NCBI GenBank assembly: GCA_038888155.1
Contig: JAWAJB010000025.1
Coordinates: 1-13,616, forward strand
DNA from: Desulfurococcaceae archaeon
GTDB lineage: Archaea; Thermoproteota; Thermoprotei_A; Sulfolobales; Desulfurococcaceae
DNA: 13,616 nucleotides
Direction: 5' to 3'
Shown: positions 1 to 8,059 of the stretch, in pieces
How positions within the stretch are numbered: position 1 is the stretch's first letter
How the letters are laid out: each line of letters opens with the position of its first letter
Notes under the pieces: model-generated
Databases searched by the model: none
Seen by the model: only the letters and a program-made list of their open reading frames with translations
Told to the model about the DNA's origin: nothing
Position numbers and translations under genes: made by a program

Positions 1-2
1 TG

Positions 3-482
3 GAGGAGGTCCCCGGTGAATCTGCTTCGCCCAAGCTAGCGTTGCTCGACTTGAAGAGGTACCCTGAGCTAGCCGAGTACCTGCCGGACCCCGGTAACCC
101 CGTTTACGCTACTAGCATAGCCCCGTACTATGCTCCAATGGAGCTACCTGACCGGGTGGAGGTTGAGCAACGGGTTCAGAAGTACTTCACGGGCGGCGTC
201 ATGATGCACATATTCCTAGGTGAGGAGGCTGAGCCGGAGGCGCTGGCATCCCTGACAAAGAAGCTCATGGACACCGAGCTCGTCTACTGGAGCTACACGC
301 CGGCTATAACGCACTGCAACAACTGCGAGAAAACATACACGGGCATATACCAGGCCTGCCCATCATGCGGAAGCAACAACGTCGACATATGGAGCAGGAT
401 AATCGGGTACTACCGCCCACTGAGAAACTGGAACCCGCAGAGAAGAAGAGAATACTGGACAAGGAAGCACTACGTTCTTTAA
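3..482 (+). CDS. nrdD: Anaerobic (class III) ribonucleoside-triphosphate reductase, C-terminal part (5' truncated by window)
   Basis: The frame is open from position 3 (EEVPGESASPKLA...). It contains QKYFTGG, a zinc ribbon CNNC...CPSC and the glycyl-radical loop SRIIGYY near the C-terminus. The TTG at 42 is internal. Confidence 0.93.
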   Translation, partial: EEVPGESASPKLALLDLKRYPELAEYLPDPGNPVYATSIAPYYAPMELPDRVEVEQRVQKYFTGGVMMHIFLGEEAEPEALASLTKKLMDTELVYWSYTPAITHCNNCEKTYTGIYQACPSCGSNNVDIWSRIIGYYRPLRNWNPQRRREYWTRKHYVL

Positions 483-1591
483 TAACTTCTTTCTAAGTCC
501 TTACACGAAATGCATATAAAAACCATAGTTGCCAAAATGTGATTAAAAGTTGTTGGCGATTTTATCCAATGTAATTCTTTGAGGTTAACTATTCGGCAAG
601 CAGCACGAAAGTACATAGAGCAAGATGCACGGTAAAGTGGTGAACTACGTGATGTAAGGAACAGTTTCCATATTTAATTTTTAAGCGGTGTTCTTAACCA
701 TCTGGACACAGAAATACCGAGTACGTAAAGATAAAAGAACTCTTCCTCATTCTTCTAAACTAGAACTTTTAACGTCCCCGGAAAGAAGTCAGTATAAATT
801 CGTGAATTTTTACTTAATTCTTCGTTTAATGAGCCAGTGTTGTTTTATGTCCATTTTTACATGTCACCGATCATAAATCGTTATCTAGATCAAGGAGATC
901 GGTCATAAGGTTTTTAAAGGTGTTTTTGCTGGTTGAACTAATTACGTGAAAGCATGGTTTTAATGCTAAGTGATTGTGCTTTGATGCAATATCGCTCATC
1001 CTAGATTACGTTACCCAGCAGGATTCATATTACTTCCCCATATAAATTCTATGAGACCTTAGTAACTCGCTATTGTTTATGCAAAATTTACTCTCGATCA
1101 GGCAATCATGCTTAGCGTATACTGGGTAAATATTGGAAACGTGAGTTCTAAGAAAAAGAAATCTACACTATTAACTGTTAGCTGTAGTTGTTATATAGTA
1201 AGAATTTGAACTGCATCGATGTTTTGAAGCCAAAGGGTTTGCGATAAATGTTCGGACAGAAACCGGCGAATCTATTGAAGATGTTAAAATTTGTCAAGAG
1301 CGGCTATCAATGGGATTAACATACCTTTATGAAACTTACGGGCCTAACTATTTACCTTAAAAGAATTCTAACGCGAGATGATCACTTAAACAAGTACTTA
1401 ACAGAGTAGTTAAAGCCATCAAAAATATGATGAAAAATGATTTAACAATTTACAGTAGTTTATAATTGGCCTATAATCGTATTTTAAGGTGTTTACGCCT
1501 TTGGTATAAGTTTTTCATCGCTAAAAGGTATACAGCTAACTCTTCGCCTATAAACTCCATGCTAATGAAAGATGCGAAAAGCGAAAATTTC

Positions 1592-2221
1592 CTACACGAT
1601 TCTCAATATACTATAATCATCAAAAGTAAGCTTTTCTATAACTTTGTAACTCATAGAAGTTTTGTGCAAGGGGCCATGAACAACTACTGTATGGTATTCA
1701 CCTCTTTCACCAAGAGGGTCAATACCTAAGTTTATTGCTTCCTCAACGAAATTACTAATGTTGTTTACAGTAAGTTCAACACCTAGCCATTTATCAAGGG
1801 GATTTATGCACCCAATTACAACAGACCTGATACCCGACTCAAATTCTTTGTATATTAGCTCCAACGGATCATAACCCCACAGGGGTTCAATTAGTGTTGC
1901 ACTTACTTCTTTAGCTAACTTTTCCATGTAGTTTAAGTGCTCCTCTACGTATACGTCTCCAGCAATTAATATTTCAGCGTCGAGCTTCCTAAGAACTTCA
2001 GCTGTTTCACTGAATTCTCTGTTTTTGTTAAGTTTAACCACTACAATGGGTAAACCGCTTAGAAGAAGAGTTTCTATTGATTTACCTATATTTACTATGT
2101 GGGGGCTCGGCCTTGGAAATTCGTAGATAAGCACTATTCCTACATCTACCCTACCACCGTAGCGGTAAACAGCATAGTATGAATCTTTTCCTCCTGAAAC
2201 GAAAGCTACATGTAAACCCAT
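1592..2221 (-). CDS. DUF71/COG2102 PP-loop ATP pyrophosphatase (diphthine-ammonia ligase-like), probably the B12-salvage-associated subgroup
   Basis: Motifs SGGKDS, AGDVYVEEH, PLW and GIDPLGERGEYHTVV. ATG at 2221 is preferred over TTG 2236 because GGTG lies about 9 nt upstream. Confidence 0.85.
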   Translation of the reverse strand: MGLHVAFVSGGKDSYYAVYRYGGRVDVGIVLIYEFPRPSPHIVNIGKSIETLLLSGLPIVVVKLNKNREFSETAEVLRKLDAEILIAGDVYVEEHLNYMEKLAKEVSATLIEPLWGYDPLELIYKEFESGIRSVVIGCINPLDKWLGVELTVNNISNFVEEAINLGIDPLGERGEYHTVVVHGPLHKTSMSYKVIEKLTFDDYSILRIV

Positions 2222-2339
2222 GTTGTTCTGCACCAAACTCTGTACTTTCGATGAGTTAAATGGGATACTTTAATAACATGATATGAGTATGCGAGGCGCA
2301 TTGTGTGGCGCGCTGTTGATGCTATACATAGCGCTGTGC

Positions 2340-2352
2340 TTATAAATCTTTC
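2340..2352 (-). promoter_or_regulatory. Candidate archaeal BRE/TATA promoter (GAAAGA-TTTATAA) between cbiB and the DUF71 gene
   Basis: Purine-rich hexamer directly followed by TTTATAA on the minus strand, about 120 nt upstream of ATG 2221. Confidence 0.35.
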
Positions 2353-2511
2353 AGTACATACTACATGCGATACCTCATGATACCTCCAATAGAATTACCC
2401 TTCCTTTGATATCACATACATTCAGCTTGTGATATTTGCCCATGATATTTATTATGTACATAGTACATATTCTTGCTCTGTGTAGTTTGCCATCGAAAGC
2501 CGACGCATAAC

Positions 2512-3465
2512 TTATTTTAAGAGGCATAAGTATAATGTTAGTAACACGATTATAAAGAAGGTACATACGTATATTGATAATTTCAGGGCTTTAACTATAT
2601 CTGAGTTTTTTGGAAGCGCGTATTCTCTTCCTACAGTATAAGCACCTATTTTCTCAAGCTTAACCTGTATACATCCTGATGCTGCAGATATTACTAATCT
2701 GCCATTAATGCTCTCGATGCATTTCCCCTCTTCCCTAATTATTCTCACACTGGTTCTAGGAGAACCTTTAACTAAAATACATAGAGCTATCATTAAAAGC
2801 GCAGTTAGCCTCGCAGGTACATAGTTAACAGCATCATCTACTCTCGCAGAGAACCATCCAACTTTAATGAAATCTCTCTCCTTATAGCCAAGAGCAGCGT
2901 CCATAGTATTAACAAGTCTCTGGAATAATGCACCAAGAGGTCCAAGAACTAAGTAGTACAGGAGAGGTGATGTAAATCCATCTACTACGTTCTCGAATAG
3001 AGTTTCTATAGCTGCTGAAGAAATGTGACCTTCTCCAAGCTGTGAAACATTTCTTCTAACAGCACCACTAATTGCTTCTCTCGCGCAAACAATATCGTTG
3101 TTTGCAAGACATACAGTGGTTCTATGGACATGGTCTAGAAGTAGCTTCAAGGATACTGAAACCTTTAGGATATACGTGGCAACAATAAGCCACAGCACCC
3201 TGTTCAAAATGTTAAATAGGTACAGCAACATACCATAAAAGCCTAAATGCGTAAATACAACGACAAACCATATACCAACACCTACAGCCCTCGTTTTAGG
3301 GAGCTTACGAAACATTTTCAATGCCATGAAGTAAGCAGTATGTACTGGGTGAATTCTGTACAAGATCCCGCGGTGGAAGGGATATACATAATCTAAGACT
3401 AAAGCTGTCACTAGAATAATTGAAAACTCCATAGCATTCCTTGGGTATAACCAAGTTAAATCCAT
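2512..3465 (-). CDS. cbiB: Adenosylcobinamide-phosphate synthase CbiB (CobD/CbiB family)
   Basis: Hydrophobic membrane protein with HPV, AAIETLFENVVDGFTSPL, NTMDAALGY, GWFSARVDDAVNYVPARL, and cob operon context. Confidence 0.95.
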   Translation of the reverse strand: MDLTWLYPRNAMEFSIILVTALVLDYVYPFHRGILYRIHPVHTAYFMALKMFRKLPKTRAVGVGIWFVVVFTHLGFYGMLLYLFNILNRVLWLIVATYILKVSVSLKLLLDHVHRTTVCLANNDIVCAREAISGAVRRNVSQLGEGHISSAAIETLFENVVDGFTSPLLYYLVLGPLGALFQRLVNTMDAALGYKERDFIKVGWFSARVDDAVNYVPARLTALLMIALCILVKGSPRTSVRIIREEGKCIESINGRLVISAASGCIQVKLEKIGAYTVGREYALPKNSDIVKALKLSIYVCTFFIIVLLTLYLCLLK

Positions 3466-4244
3466 GATATCACGCAGTACGAAATCAAAGATAGTAAGTA
3501 GAAGAGCTCCGAAGAAAACCCAAGAACATCCCCGTTAACAAATCCCAGAACTTTATACGCAAGAATTCTGGATAAGATTATGTTAAAAACGAGAGATATC
3601 AATGTCGTGATTAAAAATCGAAGCGTTGTTTTTGTGATGAACAGTAAAGTAAATGATATAACAAAAGATATAATTGCGCTTAGAATAACGTCGCTTTTAC
3701 TTAGGTTTTCTTTAAATGCCTTTCCGAAGCCCTCTGGAGGTTCTTTACTGGAGTAGGATAAAATGACTATATTTGTAGTAGACCATACCTCGCTAATAAC
3801 TAGCAAACACATTAGCTTAATTATCGATAACCTTTCAGTAAGAGCTATGATAAATGAGAATAAGCCTAGTGTGTATATGCAAAATGAAGCTATCGCATAA
3901 GAACCTCTATATTTATCCTTAACAACTTTGTAACCATTAGCCCCAAATCTGTGAGCTAGAATAGCTTCTGAGAAATCTATTAAACCATCTGCATGGAGAA
4001 AGCCTTGCAATATAAAGTGAAAGGCTACAACTGTGAAAGCTATAATGTACGTACTACTCAACCCTGTTAGTTGGTATATAGTCAAGGGTACTATGGTTAT
4101 TCCTCCTCTTACTAAGCCTACCAACGGTAGTAGGTACAAGTCTTTGAACATGGAGGTGTTAAGAGGTTTTCTTGGCACAGGTATTATGGTGAAGAAGGAT
4201 ACGAGGGAGAAAAACGATTTAATAATCTCCTTGAAGCTTGCTAT
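3456..4244 (-). CDS. cobS: Cobalamin(-5'-phosphate) synthase, adenosylcobinamide-GDP ribazoletransferase
   Basis: Motifs GFLHADGLIDFSE, VVKDKYRGSY and GFVNGDVLG, with multiple TM segments. The CobS-like N-terminal FFTIIP lies upstream of the ORF-track GTG at 4178. The start is placed tentatively at ATA 4244, after GAGGTG. Confidence 0.9.
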   Translation of the reverse strand: MASFKEIIKSFFSLVSFFTIIPVPRKPLNTSMFKDLYLLPLVGLVRGGITIVPLTIYQLTGLSSTYIIAFTVVAFHFILQGFLHADGLIDFSEAILAHRFGANGYKVVKDKYRGSYAIASFCIYTLGLFSFIIALTERLSIIKLMCLLVISEVWSTTNIVILSYSSKEPPEGFGKAFKENLSKSDVILSAIISFVISFTLLFITKTTLRFLITTLISLVFNIILSRILAYKVLGFVNGDVLGFSSELFYLLSLISYCVISWI

Positions 4245-5283
4245 TGTATGCCACCTCGGCTAAAGCTTTAATAAGCTCGTTATTCTCATCTACGCTCCTA
4301 AGGGCTATTCTAATGTAGTTGGATCCAAGTCCTCTGAAGCTTTTACAGCTTCTAACAGCTATACCCTTCTTCTTTAGATCCACGACAATTTTATCTCCAT
4401 CAAAACCTAGGTCTACAAGCAAAAAGTTAGTAACGCTTTCAAACACCTTAAATCCCAGTTCTTCAAGAGCCTTGGAAATCCTACTTCTTTCAGATTCTAT
4501 GTATTTCCTCGAATCCTCTATGAAATTCATCAATACACTCTTCTGCTTTAATAAATTAACAGCTACGCATTCAGCAATACTGTTGATATTCCATGGTGGT
4601 CTGAGTATATCTACCTTCTCAAGTAGTTCTTCATTTACTGAGTAGATAAAACCTATTCTAAGCCCAGGTATGGATAACCACTTCGTCAAGGACCTTACTA
4701 TAGAAAAATTCTCTGGAATGTTCTTTGCAACCTCTATGGAACAACGGGTACAGAGCTCTGCATAAACTTCATCTATAAGTACTTTTGCTTTACAATTTCC
4801 AAGCTCGTAGAATATTGCATCGACAGCTGTATAAGAGCCTGTTGGGTTGTTAGGATTCGTGATAACTATTAAGGTTTCTTTATCTTCGCAGAAGTTCTTT
4901 AGATCACTAAACTCGATATGGAACCTGTATGTAGTCCTCCTGTAGTAAACACTAATGTAGTTTATACCTAAGACTTTGGCTAGTTCTTCGTACTCTCCAT
5001 GAGAGGGCTCTACAACAACTAATTTTTTAGGTTTAGTAGCCAAGATAATTAGGTTAATAGCTTCTGCCGCACCATTCGTTGGTACAACGTTTTCAGGGAT
5101 ACAACTGTAGAAGGTGGCTATTGATTTACGTAGATCTCTGTATTGGTAATCTGGGTATCTCTCTATGACACTAAGACCTATGCAATTCGATAATATGCTC
5201 AGTAGCTCTTTTGGTGGACCCAATGGATTAGTATTAGAGCTAAAATCTATTTTAGCTTCTCGATCTCCTCCGTGGAACCGCAT
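4219..5283 (-). CDS. cobD: L-threonine-O-3-phosphate decarboxylase (PLP, class I/II aminotransferase fold)
   Basis: Motifs HGG, DFSSNTNPLG, YPD, NGAAE, NPNNPTG, DEVY, and RSLTKW-SIPGLRIG (PLP lysine). Located between cobY and cobS. Confidence 0.92.
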   Translation of the reverse strand: MRFHGGDREAKIDFSSNTNPLGPPKELLSILSNCIGLSVIERYPDYQYRDLRKSIATFYSCIPENVVPTNGAAEAINLIILATKPKKLVVVEPSHGEYEELAKVLGINYISVYYRRTTYRFHIEFSDLKNFCEDKETLIVITNPNNPTGSYTAVDAIFYELGNCKAKVLIDEVYAELCTRCSIEVAKNIPENFSIVRSLTKWLSIPGLRIGFIYSVNEELLEKVDILRPPWNINSIAECVAVNLLKQKSVLMNFIEDSRKYIESERSRISKALEELGFKVFESVTNFLLVDLGFDGDKIVVDLKKKGIAVRSCKSFRGLGSNYIRIALRSVDENNELIKALAEVAYNSKLQGDY

Positions 5284-5798
5284 ATGCTTTTAACCCACAC
5301 TATGTCTTCCATAGTGTCTATATCTCTTAACTCTGGACGTTCCTTAAAGTATACGTTAACCCAACTCCCACCAAAACTCTTAAATAATGATATACCTGAT
5401 TCCCTACATTCATTATTTCTACAAACCATTAACGTTATTACATCTGCTAATTCTCCTTGAGCTACATCTAGAAATTCCCTCAATACATCTGGGGTTAGGA
5501 GGGGTATATCCGCGGGTAATACGAGAACAGGGAACCGTGATAATCTGAGTATGTAGTTCAGGTCCTCAACATATCCTTGACCAGGGCATAAAACAACTTC
5601 AACTTTAGAATCCTTCACTTCCCCTATGAAGACTAAGTCTTCTTTAGTTAAGCAAATAAGTATTCTCCCGCTGTTGATTTCCCTAGCTACCTCTAAAGCT
5701 ACATCGATTAATCTTTTACCACATATCCTAAGGAACTGCTTTTTTACCCCTCCAAGCCTCAAACCTTTACCTCCAGCCATTATGATTACGTCGAGCAT
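5247..5798 (-). CDS. cobY: GTP:adenosylcobinamide-phosphate guanylyltransferase (MobA-like NTP transferase)
   Basis: Motifs IIMAGGKGLRLG-K, GYVEDL, PADIPLL and DIDTMED. AGGTG SD upstream. Operon position. Confidence 0.88.
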   Translation of the reverse strand: MLDVIIMAGGKGLRLGGVKKQFLRICGKRLIDVALEVAREINSGRILICLTKEDLVFIGEVKDSKVEVVLCPGQGYVEDLNYILRLSRFPVLVLPADIPLLTPDVLREFLDVAQGELADVITLMVCRNNECRESGISLFKSFGGSWVNVYFKERPELRDIDTMEDIVWVKSICGSTEEIEKLK

Positions 5799-5857
5799 CA
5801 GCTAATACACCTGTGTAAGATTACTAGGTAACGAACTTTAGCGGTAAAATTCGTAAT

Positions 5858-6976
5858 TTAAGACCTTGAATACTTATCATAGATTTTACTCAGTACACCT
5901 CCTACCAGTGCTGCCACGAGGTCATCTGTTATCGGGGGCAGAGCTCTTATCTCTTTCACCTCACCTATTTCCTTTAGTCTTTCAACCCAGTAGTAAGCTA
6001 ATAAACCTTTGAACCCGTTTATGTATTCTGCGAGAGCTTTCCCTGCTAATTCATCGACTATTATGCCTGGTGAATCCGATAGGTATTCGTCTATGTTTAT
6101 AACCGGTACAATACCTAAGGCTAAAGCTGCTTCGAGAAGTCTGAACCCTCTTACAAACATACCAACATTAGGGTCATTTATAATCATACTTAACTCATTC
6201 TCTATTTCAGCTTTGATAGTTTCATCACTCATTTGAGGTATCTTAGCCTTTGCATACACCTTCATGAGGATTTTAACTATTTCGTCTAGGTCTTTAAAGC
6301 CAAGGCTTTTTGCTATATAGCTTCCACTGGAGATATTCTTCAGCTGTTTCGATAACGCGTTCGCAAGAGCTAGAGCTGAAGCTATCCCCACAGGAGTAGC
6401 TATGCCAGCAAAATTATCAACACCTTTGGGGGCGGCAACAGCTAGAGCATCCGATGCTGTACCTATAGAAGCTCCAGATACACATGTAGGTCCACCTAGA
6501 GCCATAATAGCACCCTTTACCTCAGCTACAAACCTAAAGAGGTCTAAGAGTCCAACTAAGTCAAGAGGCTTGTCCACGATTATTGCTACATTAATTGTAC
6601 CTACGCTCCTAATAGCGTTTTTCCCTGAATTGCTTATAATGCTTATACAAGAAGGTTTATCTACGCCAAATGTAACGTAAGCCTCCGCCTTCACATTGTT
6701 ATAGATATACACGCTGTGACTATAAGTTGAAACATTCACTGCTGTAAGAAAAACAGTTGTTTTCTCGTAATCTAAACCTATCGAGTTAGTTAACTCCTTA
6801 CAATAATTATCAAGGTTCACAAAACCAAAGTTCTTAGGTACATTTCTGAAAACTATGTATCTCACGTACGAGTATGCTTTTGGACATCCAGCTGTCGATA
6901 ACGCTAAGTACTCGCCTTCAAGGTCTATAACCAGCGTTTTTTCGTCTAGGAGTATCGGTTTACTCGTAGAAGACAC
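5858..6976 (-). CDS. cbiS: Bifunctional adenosylcobinamide amidohydrolase (CbiZ, N-terminal) / alpha-ribazole phosphatase (CobZ, C-terminal), CbiS-like fusion
   Basis: N-half has FLTAV, GTINVAII, AEVK and GTASDA (CbiZ-like). C-half has DPNV, IVDELAGKALAEYING and LPPITDDLVAALVGGVLSK (CobZ-like). Abuts the cobT stop codon. Confidence 0.82.
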   Translation of the reverse strand: MSSTSKPILLDEKTLVIDLEGEYLALSTAGCPKAYSYVRYIVFRNVPKNFGFVNLDNYCKELTNSIGLDYEKTTVFLTAVNVSTYSHSVYIYNNVKAEAYVTFGVDKPSCISIISNSGKNAIRSVGTINVAIIVDKPLDLVGLLDLFRFVAEVKGAIMALGGPTCVSGASIGTASDALAVAAPKGVDNFAGIATPVGIASALALANALSKQLKNISSGSYIAKSLGFKDLDEIVKILMKVYAKAKIPQMSDETIKAEIENELSMIINDPNVGMFVRGFRLLEAALALGIVPVINIDEYLSDSPGIIVDELAGKALAEYINGFKGLLAYYWVERLKEIGEVKEIRALPPITDDLVAALVGGVLSKIYDKYSRS

Positions 6977-8059
6977 CTATGAAGCTGTAATTCGGCAGTA
7001 CTCCTGATATATATCTTTAATTAGGTCGTTAACATTTATGCCCTTCGTCATGGCTAGGAATGCTGTACCTCCTGCTCCTACCCCCTCCTTAACAAACCCT
7101 TCTTCGTAAGCTCTAAGCCCTTGGAAGGGTGCGTTGCTGAAATCTAAAACGCTATATACAAAGCCTATACCAGGCACAGCTGACCTTATAAAATCAAGTA
7201 TTTCTTTGCCTTTATCTATGAATATCCACTTAGTAGTGGCATGAATGATCTTAGACTGGTCAAAGTCTGGAGATATTTTTTTCATGAGTCCCAAGACAGC
7301 TAGCATCTGGGTACCGCCGGCAAGTATAATGATGCTACCTGCATCAATAACTCCTAGCGCGAGACCGGCGACAGATATATGTAGTGGATCTCCCACAATA
7401 TCATTCAGCATAAATGGGTCCTCTCCTCCCTTAACCCTCTGCAGAGCTTTACAAACAACCGTCTTCTTTAATTCAAGCGGATTTTTGCTCGTTGAACTGC
7501 TGACTAGATTCTCTCCTGGATATCCTAGGGCTTGAAGTATGGCCATGGCCGTTGTTGTTCCTGCGGGAATACTCTCTCCCACGAGTACGATATCTGCTAT
7601 TGTACCGAGCGTAGATCCAACGTATTTGGACTCCTTGAATAGCTTCTCTGAGGTTCCGGGAGGAAGAGCATTTTCCTTATCTATTCTTCCACCTACACAT
7701 CGGCTAGATAAGGCTATTGTCGGTATCTTCGGTGATACGTAAGAGCCTGCATCAACGACTACAAAGGGTATCCTTGAAAGTTGCAACGAAATCCTTGTTA
7801 TTATAGCTGGTGTAGGTATGCCTTCAGGTGTTGTAGGTATAGCGTCTAACGTAACCGGTTTACCGTGGTAAAGATACTCTACATCAAGAGCTGGCGTAAA
7901 TAGCGTCGCTATAGGCATTGTCCCCGCTATAGAGATGCCCGGTATAGTTGAGGTCATAGTTGAGCCAATGACATATACAGCTAAGGTTTTCCCATCTTTA
8001 AGTTTGCCTATTGATTCATTGGACTTTACAACTACGTAACCTGAACTACTCAGAGACAT
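6977..8059 (-). CDS. cobT: Archaeal-type nicotinate-mononucleotide:base phosphoribosyltransferase (UPF0284/CobT)
   Basis: Motifs IPGISIAG, PTPAIIT, GESIPAGTTTA, LAGGTQM and YEEGFVKEGVGAGG. GAGG SD upstream. First gene of the operon. Confidence 0.93.
   Translation of the reverse strand: MSLSSSGYVVVKSNESIGKLKDGKTLAVYVIGSTMTSTIPGISIAGTMPIATLFTPALDVEYLYHGKPVTLDAIPTTPEGIPTPAIITRISLQLSRIPFVVVDAGSYVSPKIPTIALSSRCVGGRIDKENALPPGTSEKLFKESKYVGSTLGTIADIVLVGESIPAGTTTAMAILQALGYPGENLVSSSTSKNPLELKKTVVCKALQRVKGGEDPFMLNDIVGDPLHISVAGLALGVIDAGSIIILAGGTQMLAVLGLMKKISPDFDQSKIIHATTKWIFIDKGKEILDFIRSAVPGIGFVYSVLDFSNAPFQGLRAYEEGFVKEGVGAGGTAFLAMTKGINVNDLIKDIYQEYCRITAS

Noticed and set aside
688-876. 62-aa + strand ORF
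   Set aside because: No recognisable motif or SD, and composition is typical of random AT-rich DNA.
1427-1433. C-box-like ATGATGA
   Set aside because: No CTGA D box at a suitable distance downstream.
1466-1729. 87-aa + strand ORF
   Set aside because: Overlaps the DUF71 gene antisense and has no motifs.
2375-2566. 63-aa - strand ORF
   Set aside because: Starts out of frame inside cbiB and has no recognisable family.
6962-6980. Alternative ACG start for cbiS using AGGTG as SD
   Set aside because: A canonical GTG directly after the cobT stop explains the gene, so no non-canonical start is needed.
4033-7742. Several + strand ORFs (4033, 4319, 5272, 6009, 6402, 7245, 7539)
   Set aside because: Antisense shadows of well-supported cob genes.
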